DNA of 124,000 nucleotides, taken from the NCBI RefSeq assembly GCF_000737315.1, contig NZ_JMCB01000008.1, positions 20,001-144,000 on the forward strand. The letters run 5' to 3'. Within the stretch, counting starts at the first letter, position 1. Every line of letters starts with the position of its first letter. The DNA comes from Hyalangium minutum. GTDB lineage: Bacteria; Myxococcota; Myxococcia; Myxococcales; Myxococcaceae. Both the position numbers and the translations under genes were made by a program. Of the stretch, positions 1 to 9,853 are shown in pieces. Under the pieces are notes generated by a model that was not told the origin of the DNA, searched no databases, and saw only the letters and a list, made by a program, of their open reading frames with translations.

Positions 1-519
1 CGCGAGAAGAAGGAGGGCCTGGGCCGCGCGTACCTCGCCGCCTTCCGCTGGGCGCTCGCCGAGGGCTACACGTACATCATCGAGATGGACGCGGACTTCA
101 GCCACGATCCGCGCTACCTGCCCGGCCTGCTGGATACAGCCGAGGCCGGTGCGGACCTGGTGCTGGGCTCGCGCTACGTCCATGGCGGCGGCACGGTGAA
201 CTGGGGCGTGGGGCGGAAGGTCATCAGCCGGGGAGGTTCGCTCTACGCACGCACCATCCTCGGGGTGGACGTGAGGGATCTGACGGGCGGCTTCAAGTGC
301 TTCAACCGCCGCGTCCTGGAGAGCATCGAGCTCGACCAGGTGAAGAGCACCGGCTACGCCTTCCAGATCGAGCTCACCTACCGCACGCTCAAGAAGGGCT
401 TCACCGTGCGCGAGCTGCCCATCGTCTTCGAGGATCGCCGCGTCGGGCAGTCGAAGATGAGCCGGAAGATCTTCCTCGAGGCGCTCACCATGGTGTGGAA
501 GCTCCGGCTGACGGTGTGA
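1..519 (+). CDS. Polyprenol monophosphomannose synthase-like GT2 (5' part outside window)
   Basis: Open frame from base 1; EMDADFSHDP (DxD), GSRYV, DLTGGFKC and STGYAFQIE motifs of Dpm1/Ppm1. Confidence 0.9.
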   Translation, partial: REKKEGLGRAYLAAFRWALAEGYTYIIEMDADFSHDPRYLPGLLDTAEAGADLVLGSRYVHGGGTVNWGVGRKVISRGGSLYARTILGVDVRDLTGGFKCFNRRVLESIELDQVKSTGYAFQIELTYRTLKKGFTVRELPIVFEDRRVGQSKMSRKIFLEALTMVWKLRLTV

Positions 520-520
520 C

Positions 521-1150
521 GTGAGCGCCTACCTCACCCACTTCCTCGTCTCGCTGTCCGCGGTCTTCTTCGTGGTGGACCCCATCGGCGTGGTGCCCAT
601 CTTCCTGGCCATCACCGCGGGGGACTCGCAGACGAAGATGCGCCGCACGGCCCTGCGGGCCTGCATCGTGGCCGGGGGCCTGCTGTGCTTCTTCGCCGTG
701 TTCGGCGGCGTCATCTTCCAGGTGTTCGGCGTCTCGCTGGCCGCCTTCCGCGTGGCCGGCGGCATCCTGCTGCTCATCACCTCGCTGGACATGCTCCGCG
801 CCCGCCCTTCCGAGACGCGCACCACCCCCTCCGAGGAACAGGAGGGCGTCGCCAAGGAGGACGTGGCCCTGGTGCCGCTGGCCATGCCGCTGCTGGCCGG
901 GCCCGGCGCCATCGCCAGTGCCATGGTGCTGATGTCCAAGGGGGAGAGCCCGCTGATGGGCGTCCCAGTGCTCGCCGCCATCGTCCTCACGTTCGTGGCG
1001 GCCTACTTCATCCTCCGCGCTTCCCACCTGGTGCAGCGCGTGCTCAAGCAGTCCGGCGTCGCCATCCTCGAGCGCGTAATGGGGCTCATCCTCGCCGCCA
1101 TCGCCGTGCAGTTCATGGCCGACGGCGCCAAGGACCTGCTCGCGCGCTGA
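521..1150 (+). CDS. MarC family inner-membrane protein
   Basis: DPIG..P.F, FRVAGGILL, VPLAMPLLAGPGAI and R.MGLILAAIAVQF motifs; about 6 TM. Confidence 0.92.
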   Translation: MSAYLTHFLVSLSAVFFVVDPIGVVPIFLAITAGDSQTKMRRTALRACIVAGGLLCFFAVFGGVIFQVFGVSLAAFRVAGGILLLITSLDMLRARPSETRTTPSEEQEGVAKEDVALVPLAMPLLAGPGAIASAMVLMSKGESPLMGVPVLAAIVLTFVAAYFILRASHLVQRVLKQSGVAILERVMGLILAAIAVQFMADGAKDLLAR

Positions 1151-1151
1151 G

Positions 1152-1604
1152 TCAGTCGGACGCGGACGCCCAGCCGCCCTCGGGGTTGCGGCGGACCACA
1201 CCCTGGGTCACCTCGCTCATCGACAGCCCCTCCGGACCGGACCGGCGCGCGTCGTACGCATAGCCGTTCGGCGTCTCCTGCAGGTAGACCACCAGCCCCT
1301 GCCGCCCGAGCTGCCGCACCACGCGGAACTGGGTGTCTCCGCACTCGGGCGAGTCGCCCACGAAGAAGCGCTCCAGAAGCCCCTCCTCGGGCTTGCGCAC
1401 GAAGACCGTCACCGGCACGGGCGGCTCCGTCCCATCGCCGGCGAACGCCGCCAGTTCCTGGGCCGGCAGCGGCTCGCTCAGGACCATCCGCACCAGCGCG
1501 CACTTCTCCTCCTCTTGATGGAGGCTCTGCGCAACCGGAACGGCGGAATGTGCGCAGCCCACAAGGGCAAGGCCGAGCGTGGTGGAGAGGGCAAGGCGAT
1601 TCAT
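1152..1604 (-). CDS. Hypothetical lipoprotein
   Basis: MNRLALSTTLGLALVGC lipobox within the longer ORF 1152..2687; start inferred. Confidence 0.65.
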   Translation of the reverse strand: MNRLALSTTLGLALVGCAHSAVPVAQSLHQEEEKCALVRMVLSEPLPAQELAAFAGDGTEPPVPVTVFVRKPEEGLLERFFVGDSPECGDTQFRVVRQLGRQGLVVYLQETPNGYAYDARRSGPEGLSMSEVTQGVVRRNPEGGWASASD

Positions 1605-1627
1605 CCGTCGGTTCCTCCAAGAGGGTG

Positions 1628-2650
1628 TCACAGCGGTCTCCACTGCGGAGAGAAGGGAGCGTTGATCAGCGAGGGATCGTCCACGGAGATGATGTACTCG
1701 GCACGGCGGTTGGCCGACTCGGCGGTCTCGTCCGGCGTCGGCTTGTGGGGCGCCTGCTCGCCAAAGCCCTCGAAGTAGATGGGCAATCGCGCGCCGTGCG
1801 AGCGGAAGTACGCGGCGATGCTGCGCGCCCGCTGCAGGGACAGCTCGCGGTTGGCCTGCGTAGGGCCCACCGTGTCCGTGTGCCCCAGGATGTAGAGCCG
1901 GAGCGCCGCGAACTCCCCGTAGCGCTTCACCGCCTCCGCGATCTTCTGCACGCTCTTGTCGAGCTTCGAGCGCTCCGCCGCAGGAATCTCCGCGCTGCCC
2001 GAGGCGAAGATCACCTCCTCGTGCGGGATGTCCACCTGCCACGGGAAGAACTCCACGCTCTGGTAGAAGTCCGCCGTGTCGTAGGCCTTGAGGGAGATCT
2101 TCAGCACCTTGCCGGCCGGCTTGGGCCACGTGACTTCGAGCGGCGTGCCCGCAGGCTCGCCCTTGAACTTGATCTCGCCATCGAAGGCGTTCCAGCCGGA
2201 GTCCGACACCACCGTCAGCTTCGCCTTGCCCGCGGGCCGCGAGAGCTTGAAGCGCAGCTTGCGCTCCGCCAAGTCCAGGTCCTCCTTGGACACCGTGAGC
2301 GTCAGCGGCCCCAGCAGCTCCGTGTCGAAGGACAGCGGCATCTTCCCGGGCTGTGCGCCCTTGAAGCGCACCGTCAGCTCGCCCTCGTAGTGGAAGCGGC
2401 CCTCGGGCTGCTCCAGTTCCAGGGTGCGCGTCATTCCAGGCTTCCCGCCGTCCTTGAACTCGAACTCCTTGCCGTCCGAGCGCTTCAGCTTCACGTCGAA
2501 GCCGAGGATGGGCTCGAGAATCTCCACCTTCAGCGCTGGCAGGCCCTGGCCCAGCGGTACGCGCGAGTCGAGGGACACATGAATGGCATCCCCTGCCAAA
2601 GCAGGCGAGGAGGCAAGAGCAAGGCAGAGCAGGAGGACGCGAACGTTCAT
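1628..2650 (-). CDS. OmpA-family domain protein with signal peptide
   Basis: Signal peptide MNVRVLLLCLALASSPALA; C-terminal F.SGSA, GHTD, NRELSLQRA..IA and ANRRAE motifs. Confidence 0.85.
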   Translation of the reverse strand: MNVRVLLLCLALASSPALAGDAIHVSLDSRVPLGQGLPALKVEILEPILGFDVKLKRSDGKEFEFKDGGKPGMTRTLELEQPEGRFHYEGELTVRFKGAQPGKMPLSFDTELLGPLTLTVSKEDLDLAERKLRFKLSRPAGKAKLTVVSDSGWNAFDGEIKFKGEPAGTPLEVTWPKPAGKVLKISLKAYDTADFYQSVEFFPWQVDIPHEEVIFASGSAEIPAAERSKLDKSVQKIAEAVKRYGEFAALRLYILGHTDTVGPTQANRELSLQRARSIAAYFRSHGARLPIYFEGFGEQAPHKPTPDETAESANRRAEYIISVDDPSLINAPFSPQWRPL

Positions 2651-2796
2651 GGGAGCGGCAACCTCGGGCATGCCGGGCGGGGGGCAACAGGGCCCCCGCA
2701 AAAATGATTCCCCGAAGCCGACGGTAGGACGGCGCCTGAATTCAGGGAATGGGTCCCGAGAGGCGCTTGGCACGCCCGAAAGAGGACACGCCGCGC

Positions 2797-3600
2797 TCAG
2801 CTCACGCCTACCACCGTAATCCCTTGGGATTCCGCCGCTTTGAAGAGCTGAGGAGCGTCCAGCAGCACCGTCCTCCCGGCCTCCAGGGCTAGCACCGCGG
2901 CCCCCACCTCGCGCATGACCTCCAAGGTGCGAGGCCCGGCCGCCGGTAAATCGAAGCGCAGGTCCTGCCCCGGCTTGCAGCGCTTCACCACCACCGCGCC
3001 CTTGCCTCCCAGCTTGCCCCCTCGGCGGATGGTCTCGTCCGTGCCCTCCACGGCCTCCAGCGCAAGCACATGCCCGTTGCGCACCACCACCGTCTGCCCC
3101 ACATCCGCCTTCCCCAGAAGCCCCGCCACCTCTACCCCGAGCGCCACATCCTGCTCCTGCGCCGTGTGCAGCTTCGGGCCCGCCAGGTGTCCCACCGGGC
3201 AGAGCACCTCGGAGAGGTAGTCCGTGGGCGCGACGATCGTCACGCCGTGGGACTCGAAGTAGTCCGCGATGGCTCGCAGCAGCGTGTCGTCCCGGAAGCT
3301 GCGGATGCGCGAGATGATGCGCACCGCGCCCAGATCCGGCCGAGCCTCCGTGAGCGCCTTCACCCGGCCGATGCCACCCGCCATCGCCGCGCGGGCCACG
3401 CCCGCCTTCTGGAAGGTGCGGACGATCTTGTCCACCTGCCCCAGGCGGACCCACGTGAAGGAGGCCACCTGCGCCTCCAGCGCGGGATCCGTCTCGCCCC
3501 GGTGAGCCACCACCACCACCTCGAGCCCGCGAGTGCGCGCCTCGCGGGCGAAGAGGAAGGGCAGCTGTCCGTTTCCTGCGATGAGGCCGATGCGCTCCAC
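2797..3600 (-). CDS. lpxI: UDP-2,3-diacylglucosamine diphosphatase LpxI
   Basis: GLIAGNG.LP, DVGQTVVV, LEAVEGTD, KPGQDLRFDLP motifs; downstream of lpxA. Confidence 0.93.
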   Translation of the reverse strand: MERIGLIAGNGQLPFLFAREARTRGLEVVVVAHRGETDPALEAQVASFTWVRLGQVDKIVRTFQKAGVARAAMAGGIGRVKALTEARPDLGAVRIISRIRSFRDDTLLRAIADYFESHGVTIVAPTDYLSEVLCPVGHLAGPKLHTAQEQDVALGVEVAGLLGKADVGQTVVVRNGHVLALEAVEGTDETIRRGGKLGGKGAVVVKRCKPGQDLRFDLPAAGPRTLEVMREVGAAVLALEAGRTVLLDAPQLFKAAESQGITVVGVS

Positions 3601-3609
3601 CGGCTCAGC

Positions 3610-4386
3610 CTAGCGCGTCAGCCCGCGCTTGCTCTGGCTGATGAAATCGACCAGGTGGTCGATCTCCGGCTGGCCGCTGAACTCCGCCTTCAGCCGCGCC
3701 AGCGCTTCCGCCATCTGCAGCTTGGAGCGGAAGAGGATCTTGTACGCCTCTTTGATGCGGCCGATCTGCGCCTCGGTGAAGCCGTGACGCTCCAGGCCCA
3801 CCGTGTTCAGCCCCACCAACTCCGCCCGGTCTCCCTGGGCCATGCAGTACGGGGGCACATCCATCACCACCATGGCGCCGCCCGCCACGAAGGCGTGCTT
3901 GCCGATGCGCGTGAACTGGTGGACCGCCGTCAGCCCCGAGAAGATGACGTGATCCTCCACCATCACGTGCCCGCCGAGCGCCGCGCTGTTGGCCAGGATG
4001 CAGCCGTTGCCCACCACGCAGTCATGCGCCACGTGGCTGTTGGCCATGAAGAGGTTGCGGTTGCCAATGCGCGTGACGCCGCCACCTCCCGCCGTGCCAA
4101 TGTGCAGCGTGGTGAACTCGCGGATCTGATTCTCGTCGCCGATGATCAGCTCCGTGTCCTCGCCCCCGTACTTGAGATCCTGCGGCGCCGCACCGAGCGA
4201 GGAGAACTGGAACACGCGGTTGCGCGCGCCCAGCGTCGTCCGACCCTCGATGACGACGTGAGGACCCACGTGCGAGCCCGGACCGATCTTCACCTTCGGC
4301 CCAATCACTGAGTAGGGACCGATCTCCACCGTCTCGTGGATCTGGGCGTCCGGGTGGACAACCGCCGTGGGGTGAACCTGAGACAT
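3610..4386 (-). CDS. lpxA: UDP-N-acetylglucosamine O-acyltransferase
   Basis: Hexapeptide repeats, PQDLKY, NSHVAHDC, GLTAVHQF. Confidence 0.97.
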   Translation of the reverse strand: MSQVHPTAVVHPDAQIHETVEIGPYSVIGPKVKIGPGSHVGPHVVIEGRTTLGARNRVFQFSSLGAAPQDLKYGGEDTELIIGDENQIREFTTLHIGTAGGGGVTRIGNRNLFMANSHVAHDCVVGNGCILANSAALGGHVMVEDHVIFSGLTAVHQFTRIGKHAFVAGGAMVVMDVPPYCMAQGDRAELVGLNTVGLERHGFTEAQIGRIKEAYKILFRSKLQMAEALARLKAEFSGQPEIDHLVDFISQSKRGLTR

Positions 4387-4412
4387 GCCTTCTCTCCTTC
4401 CGTCCCCGCCGC

Positions 4413-4877
4413 TCAGGGCGCCGGTTCCTCGGCGGACTTGGCGTCCTTGTCCACCACAGTAGCGAGGAACTCACCCTCGGCGACCTTCACTCCGTCGACC
4501 GTGGCGGTGCCCTTCGTCTTCCAGATAACGCCCTTGTGGCGCAGCACTTCGATGCCCAGCTGGAGCCGGTCCCCGGGCAGCACGGGCTTGCGGAACTTCG
4601 CGTTGTCCACGCCCATCAGGTAGGTGACCTTGCTCTCCGGGTCCATGCTCTCGCTCTTGTAGGCGAGGATGGCCGAGGCCTGCGCCAGCGCCTCCAGGAT
4701 GAGCACGCCCGGCATCACCGGGTGCCCGGGGAAGTGGCCGTTGAAGAAGGGCTCGTTGATGGTGACGTTCTTGTAGGCCGTAAGCTTCTGCCCGGGGACG
4801 ATCTCCACCACGCGGTCCACCAACAAGAACGGGTAGCGGTGGGGCAGCAACCGCTGGATCTCTCCAATGTCCATCAT
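4413..4877 (-). CDS. fabZ: 3-hydroxyacyl-ACP dehydratase
   Basis: [31 protein letters not shown]. Confidence 0.97.
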   Translation of the reverse strand: MMDIGEIQRLLPHRYPFLLVDRVVEIVPGQKLTAYKNVTINEPFFNGHFPGHPVMPGVLILEALAQASAILAYKSESMDPESKVTYLMGVDNAKFRKPVLPGDRLQLGIEVLRHKGVIWKTKGTATVDGVKVAEGEFLATVVDKDAKSAEEPAP

Positions 4878-5938
4878 CCGCCCTTCTCCTTCTCGAGCAG
4901 CTCTACCCTGCGGCGCAGGGCTCGCACTTCCTTGAGCAGATCTCCCAGCTGGCCCAGCGCCGCCGAGTTCTTCAGCCAGTCCCGGTGCGGCACGGCTGGG
5001 CTGCCGGAGACCACCTGCCCATCCTCCACGTCATGCGCCACACCCGACTGGGCGCCCACCTTGGCCAGGTCACCCACGCGGATGTGGCCCACCACGCCCA
5101 CCTGCCCCGCCAGCACCACGCCGGTGCCCAGCTCGGCCGAGCCGGACACGCCCGCCTGCGCGCAGATGAGCGACAGCGGGCCCACCTTCACGTTGTGGGC
5201 GATCTGCACCAGATTGTCGATCTTCGTCCCGCGGCCGATCACCGTCTCGCCCAGCGTCGCCCGGTCGATGCAGGTGCACGCGCCCACTTCCACATCATCC
5301 TCGATGCGGACGATGCCTGTCTGCGGGATCTTGTAGTGCTCCGGCCCGTTCTCGCCCTCGGCGTTGAACGCAAAGCCGAAGCCGTCCGCCCCCACCACGC
5401 ACGAGGCGTGGAGGATGACGCGCGAGCCCACCTGGCAGCCCTCGCGCACGGCGACATTGGGATAGAGCAGGCAGTCCTCGCCTACCGTAGCTCCCTCGCC
5501 CACGTAGGCACCGGGGTAGAGGACGGAGCGAGCGCCCACGCTGGCAGCCTTCTCCACCGTGGCGCCCGCCATCACCGTGGCTTCGGGATGGACCCGAGCC
5601 TCCGGGTGAACGTGCGCCTGAGGGCTCACCCCGGGAGCGGGGCGCGGCGGCGCGTGAAACAGCGTCAGCAGCCGGGCGAAGGCCAGGTGCGGGTTGGGGA
5701 CCCGGATGAGCGCCACGCCCTGGCGGGCCGGCGCGTCGGAGCCCACCAGCACGGCGGAGGCCTTCGTCGCCTCGTACTGCTTCCGGTACTTCGTATTGCC
5801 GTAGAAGGACACGTCCCCAGAGCCCGCCTCGACGAGCCCATTGAGGCCATGGATCAGCAGGCTGGCGTCTCCCAGGAGCTCACCTGCCACATGGGTGGCG
5901 AGCTCTCCCAGCCTGCGCGGCGTAGACGTGCGGTTCAC
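4874..5938 (-). CDS. lpxD: UDP-3-O-acylglucosamine N-acyltransferase
   Basis: Hexapeptide repeats, GADGFGF, KIDNLVQIAHNV. Confidence 0.97.
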   Translation of the reverse strand: MNRTSTPRRLGELATHVAGELLGDASLLIHGLNGLVEAGSGDVSFYGNTKYRKQYEATKASAVLVGSDAPARQGVALIRVPNPHLAFARLLTLFHAPPRPAPGVSPQAHVHPEARVHPEATVMAGATVEKAASVGARSVLYPGAYVGEGATVGEDCLLYPNVAVREGCQVGSRVILHASCVVGADGFGFAFNAEGENGPEHYKIPQTGIVRIEDDVEVGACTCIDRATLGETVIGRGTKIDNLVQIAHNVKVGPLSLICAQAGVSGSAELGTGVVLAGQVGVVGHIRVGDLAKVGAQSGVAHDVEDGQVVSGSPAVPHRDWLKNSAALGQLGDLLKEVRALRRRVELLEKEKGG

Positions 5939-5950
5939 GGCGTCAGCGCT

Positions 5951-6541
5951 CTACTTCTTGGGGGCGTCCTTGGCTACCGGCGCGTCCTTCGGAGCGGCCG
6001 GAGCCTTGGGAGCCGCGGTCTTGGGCAGGGCGTTGTAGGCGCGGATGACCTCGTTAGACAGGTCGTACTGCGTCTGCGCGTACACCAGACCGGAGTCCCG
6101 CTTCTCGAAGATGAAGGAGAAGCCATCGCGCTCGGCGATCTTCGCGATGACGCCGTCGATCTTGTCGACGATGGGCTCCATCTCCTGGCGCTCGCGGCCG
6201 GCGGCCTCTGAGCGGTAGCGGTCCCACTTCTGGGCCAGCTCCATCACCTTCCTCTGCAGCTCGGCGCCCTTCTGCATGCGCGTGTCGTCGCTCATGGCGC
6301 TGGCCTGCTTGTCCAGGGTCTCCTTCTCCTTGCGGAGGGCCTCCTGCTCCCGGTCGATCTCCTTCTGCCGGTCCTCCAGCCACTTCTGGAGGCGAGTCTT
6401 GGCGGCCTTGCCGTCCTCCACCGCCAGGAGGACCTGCTGGTAGTCCACGTAGCCGAACTTCACGGACTGCGCGGAGGCAGCGACCGGGAGGGCAAACGAC
6501 AGAGCGGCGGTCAGGACCGCCAGGGTGCTTCGAAGCGACAT
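5951..6541 (-). CDS. skp: Skp/OmpH periplasmic chaperone
   Basis: Signal peptide, K.GYVD, long coiled coil, position between bamA and lpxD. Confidence 0.88.
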   Translation of the reverse strand: MSLRSTLAVLTAALSFALPVAASAQSVKFGYVDYQQVLLAVEDGKAAKTRLQKWLEDRQKEIDREQEALRKEKETLDKQASAMSDDTRMQKGAELQRKVMELAQKWDRYRSEAAGRERQEMEPIVDKIDGVIAKIAERDGFSFIFEKRDSGLVYAQTQYDLSNEVIRAYNALPKTAAPKAPAAPKDAPVAKDAPKK

Positions 6542-6651
6542 GTCAACGGCTCCTAAGGGGGTGTACTGGCTCCGACGTCCGTCCCCAGCGGTTCTTCAAC
6601 ACCCCCTGGGTAGGGGGGCCCGGAGCACCGGGGAGGACGCCTTATCAGAAA

Positions 6652-9129
6652 TCAGAAGAAGTTGCCGATGGTGAACTCGAAGAGGTAGGGCTCATCTTCC
6701 GGACGCTTGGTCAGGGGGAAGCCCCACTCGAAGCGCAGCGGGCCTACCGGGGAGAACCAGCGGAACCCGAAGCCCACGGAGTGGAAGAGGCCGAGCGGCA
6801 CCTTGTCCTGCCGGTCCTGGAAGAAGCGCTCGTTGCGCGCGAAGGCATTACCCGCGTCATAGAAGAGCACGCCGCGGATGCCGGCCTTCTCGAACACGGG
6901 GAACTCCAGCTCCAGGTTGAGGATGAGCTGCTTGTTGCCGCCCGTGCGGAACTCGGTGACGGTGGCGTCGGGCGACTCGGAGCGGGGCACCGTCAGCGTG
7001 GGGCTGATGCTGCGCAGGAAATAGCCGCGCACGGTGTTGATGCCGCCCAGGTAGTAGAGCTCGGAGATCGGCAGCGGGCTGTCCGACTCCAGTTGCTGGA
7101 TGTAGCCCACCGTGGCGTTCGTCTTGAAGACGAAGCCCAGCGGCATGGGGAAGTACAGGCGCGAGTACGCCGTGTAGCGCGTGTAGAGGAACGTGCCGCC
7201 CAGGAGCTTCGGGGCGAACTCCACCGAGCCGTAGTGGATGAAGCCGCGCGACGGGAACAGGCGGTTGTCGCGGCGATCGAACGAGAGCGACAGGCGCGCG
7301 GCGCTGGTGACACCGCTGAGGAACTGGTTGGCCAGCAGCACCGAGCCCAGCGCCTGGCCGGCCTCCACGTCCACGTACTCGCGGGTGTAGCCCACGGTGC
7401 CCAGCAGGTCGTCCACGAACTGGTAGCCCAGCGAGAGGCTGCCGCCCGTGGAGCGACGCACGAAGCCGTCATAGTCCGCGTCCACCCGGAAGAAGTCCGC
7501 GGACAGCAGGTACTGCGTGTCCAGGAAGTACGGATCGTAGAAGGACAGCTGGATGAGCGACTTGAGGCCGGAGATCTGCGCCGAGGCCGAGACGCTCTGC
7601 CCCCACCCCAGGAAGTTGTTCTGGGACACCTGCGCCGTGAAGATGAAGTTCTCCACGTTGGAGAAGCCCAGGCCCACCTGGAAGGTACCGGTGGCCTTCT
7701 CCTTCACCTCCACCTGGAGGACGATCCTGTCGTCCGCGCTGCCCGGCTTCTGGGTGATGTCCACCGTCTCGAAGAAGCCCAGCGCCGTGACGCGCTCCTT
7801 GCTGCGGCGCACACCCGTGCCGTTGTAGAGCTCGCCCTCGTAGACGCGCAGCTCGCGGCGGATGACCTTGTCGCGCGTCTTCGTGTTGCCGATGACGTCG
7901 ATGCGCTCGATCGTGACTTGCGGGCCCTTCTGGATGTCGAACGTCAGGTCCACCGTCTTCGTGTCCGCGTTCACCGCGGTGACGGGGTTGATGTTCGCGT
8001 AGGCATAGCCCTGGTCGTAGTAGACGTCCGTGATCGTCAGGATGTCCTGCGACAGCTTGGAGCGGTTGAAGCGCTCGCCCTTCGCGGACGTCATCTTCGC
8101 CGCCAGGCCCTCCTCGGCGACGATCAGGTCTCCTCCGAAGCCCAGCTTGCCGATGTCGTACGGCTCGCCCTCGGTCACCTTGAGGGTGATGTAGATGTAG
8201 CGCTTGTCCGCCGACAGCGAGATGACCGGCTTTTCGATGCGGACGTTGATGAAGCCGTAGTCGTAATAAGTGGCCTGGATGACGGCCAGGTCACGCTGGA
8301 AGGCCTCCTCGCGGTAGGTGCCCTCGCTGGTGAGGAAGGAGAAGTAGCCGCCCTCGCGGGTCACCATCACCGCCTTGAGCGTCTCCGGCGTCACCTGGTG
8401 CGCGCCAATGAAGGTGATCTCCTTCACCATCACCTTGGCGTGCTCGTTGATGACGATCACCACGTCGACGTTGGCGCCGCCCTCCACGGGGTCCAGCCGG
8501 TAGGAGACCTCCGCCAGGAAGTAGCCCTTCTCCACGTACTTCTCCTGGACCTTCTTCACCGTGGAGCGCACGGCGTCCATGTCCAGGATGGTGGCGGGCT
8601 TCACGTCGATCTGTTCCTTCAGATCGTCGTTGCTCAGCTCATCGTTGCCGCTCAGCTTCACGGAGCGAACAGCGGGGCGCTCCTGCACGCGCACCACGTA
8701 GGCGATGCCCTTGGGCAGGTGCTGCACCAGCAGCTGAACATCCGTGAAGTAGCCCAGGCCCCAGACGGCCCGGAGATCGTCGGCCGTGCGGAGCGGATCG
8801 TAGACAGAGCCCTCCTTCGTCACGAGGGCGCGGCGGATGGCCTCGGCCTCGACGCGGCGGTTGCCTTCGATGCGGACCTCGACGACGCGCTCGCTCAGCT
8901 CCTCGGCGGTCGTCGCGTCCTCGTCCACCGGAGCATCCGCGGGAGGCGTGGCGGTATTAGGGGCCTGGGTCTGCCGCGCAGGGGACGCCGGGGGCGCACC
9001 CGTCTCCGCCTGTGCGAGCGCACGGCCGGGTACGAGCGCCCACAGGGTCAGCGCGAACAGAGGCAGGAGCGTCTTCAGAGACAGAACGGGAGACCTCAAG
9101 GGACAGTCGGCCTGTAAAGGGCGGGGCAA
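6652..9129 (-). CDS. bamA: Outer-membrane protein assembly factor BamA
   Basis: POTRA repeats (GNRRVE, GNTKTRDKVIRREL), VRG loop-6 motif, SPVGPLRFEW, terminal FTIGNFF. Confidence 0.97.
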   Translation of the reverse strand: MPRPLQADCPLRSPVLSLKTLLPLFALTLWALVPGRALAQAETGAPPASPARQTQAPNTATPPADAPVDEDATTAEELSERVVEVRIEGNRRVEAEAIRRALVTKEGSVYDPLRTADDLRAVWGLGYFTDVQLLVQHLPKGIAYVVRVQERPAVRSVKLSGNDELSNDDLKEQIDVKPATILDMDAVRSTVKKVQEKYVEKGYFLAEVSYRLDPVEGGANVDVVIVINEHAKVMVKEITFIGAHQVTPETLKAVMVTREGGYFSFLTSEGTYREEAFQRDLAVIQATYYDYGFINVRIEKPVISLSADKRYIYITLKVTEGEPYDIGKLGFGGDLIVAEEGLAAKMTSAKGERFNRSKLSQDILTITDVYYDQGYAYANINPVTAVNADTKTVDLTFDIQKGPQVTIERIDVIGNTKTRDKVIRRELRVYEGELYNGTGVRRSKERVTALGFFETVDITQKPGSADDRIVLQVEVKEKATGTFQVGLGFSNVENFIFTAQVSQNNFLGWGQSVSASAQISGLKSLIQLSFYDPYFLDTQYLLSADFFRVDADYDGFVRRSTGGSLSLGYQFVDDLLGTVGYTREYVDVEAGQALGSVLLANQFLSGVTSAARLSLSFDRRDNRLFPSRGFIHYGSVEFAPKLLGGTFLYTRYTAYSRLYFPMPLGFVFKTNATVGYIQQLESDSPLPISELYYLGGINTVRGYFLRSISPTLTVPRSESPDATVTEFRTGGNKQLILNLELEFPVFEKAGIRGVLFYDAGNAFARNERFFQDRQDKVPLGLFHSVGFGFRWFSPVGPLRFEWGFPLTKRPEDEPYLFEFTIGNFF

Positions 9130-9175
9130 TCTAAGGGATAGGTTCGGCGTCCCTCAATCCAAAAGCGCGGAGGGT

Positions 9176-9850
9176 TCACGCGTCCGTCACCTGCCCGCCT
9201 GCAAGGCGCAGGCGCCGAGGCATGGACCGGGCCAGCGTCTCGTTGTGGGTGACGACCACCGCCGTGATGCCCAGGTCCCGGTTCACATCCCTCAAGAGCT
9301 GGTGGATGCCCTCGCCGGTGGCCGGGTCCAGGTTGCCGGTCGGCTCGTCGGCCAGCAAGACGGCAGGCTGGAGCACCAGGGCGCGGGCCAGGGCAACGCG
9401 CTGGGCCTCGCCGCCGGAGAGCTCGCCGGGCTTGTGGTCCACACGGGAGCCCAGCCCCACCCGCTCCAGCAGCTCGCGGGCCGTGGCGTACGTCTTGGCC
9501 CGGTCCGCCCGCTGCACGAGCGCCGGCATGGCCACGTTCTCCAGGGCGGTGAACTCCGGCAGCAGGTAGTGGCTCTGGAAGACGAAGCCGATGGTGCGGT
9601 TGCGGAACTCGGCGATCTCCGCGTCGCTCATGGCGAACACGGAGCGGCCCTCGAAGAACACCTCGCCAGCGGCCGGGGCGTCCAGGGTGCCCAGCACGTG
9701 GAGGAAGGTGCTCTTGCCTGCGCCGGAGGGCCCCACGAGGCTCACCAGCTCGCCGCGCTCGATGTCCAGCGAGACGGCGCGCAGCACGTCGATGCGCTTG
9801 CCGTGCAGGAAGTAGCTCTTGAAGACGTTGCGGATGGAGAGGAATGCCAT
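9176..9850 (-). CDS. lolD: Lipoprotein-releasing ABC ATPase LolD
   Basis: GPSGAGKST, GFVFQSHYLLPEFTALENV, LSGGEAQR, ADEPTGNLD. Confidence 0.9.
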   Translation of the reverse strand: MAFLSIRNVFKSYFLHGKRIDVLRAVSLDIERGELVSLVGPSGAGKSTFLHVLGTLDAPAAGEVFFEGRSVFAMSDAEIAEFRNRTIGFVFQSHYLLPEFTALENVAMPALVQRADRAKTYATARELLERVGLGSRVDHKPGELSGGEAQRVALARALVLQPAVLLADEPTGNLDPATGEGIHQLLRDVNRDLGITAVVVTHNETLARSMPRRLRLAGGQVTDA

Positions 9851-9853
9851 GGC

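Noticed and set aside
2797-5938. Absence of lpxB/lpxH from the lpx cluster
   Set aside because: LpxI substitutes for LpxH in these lineages and lpxB is often unlinked
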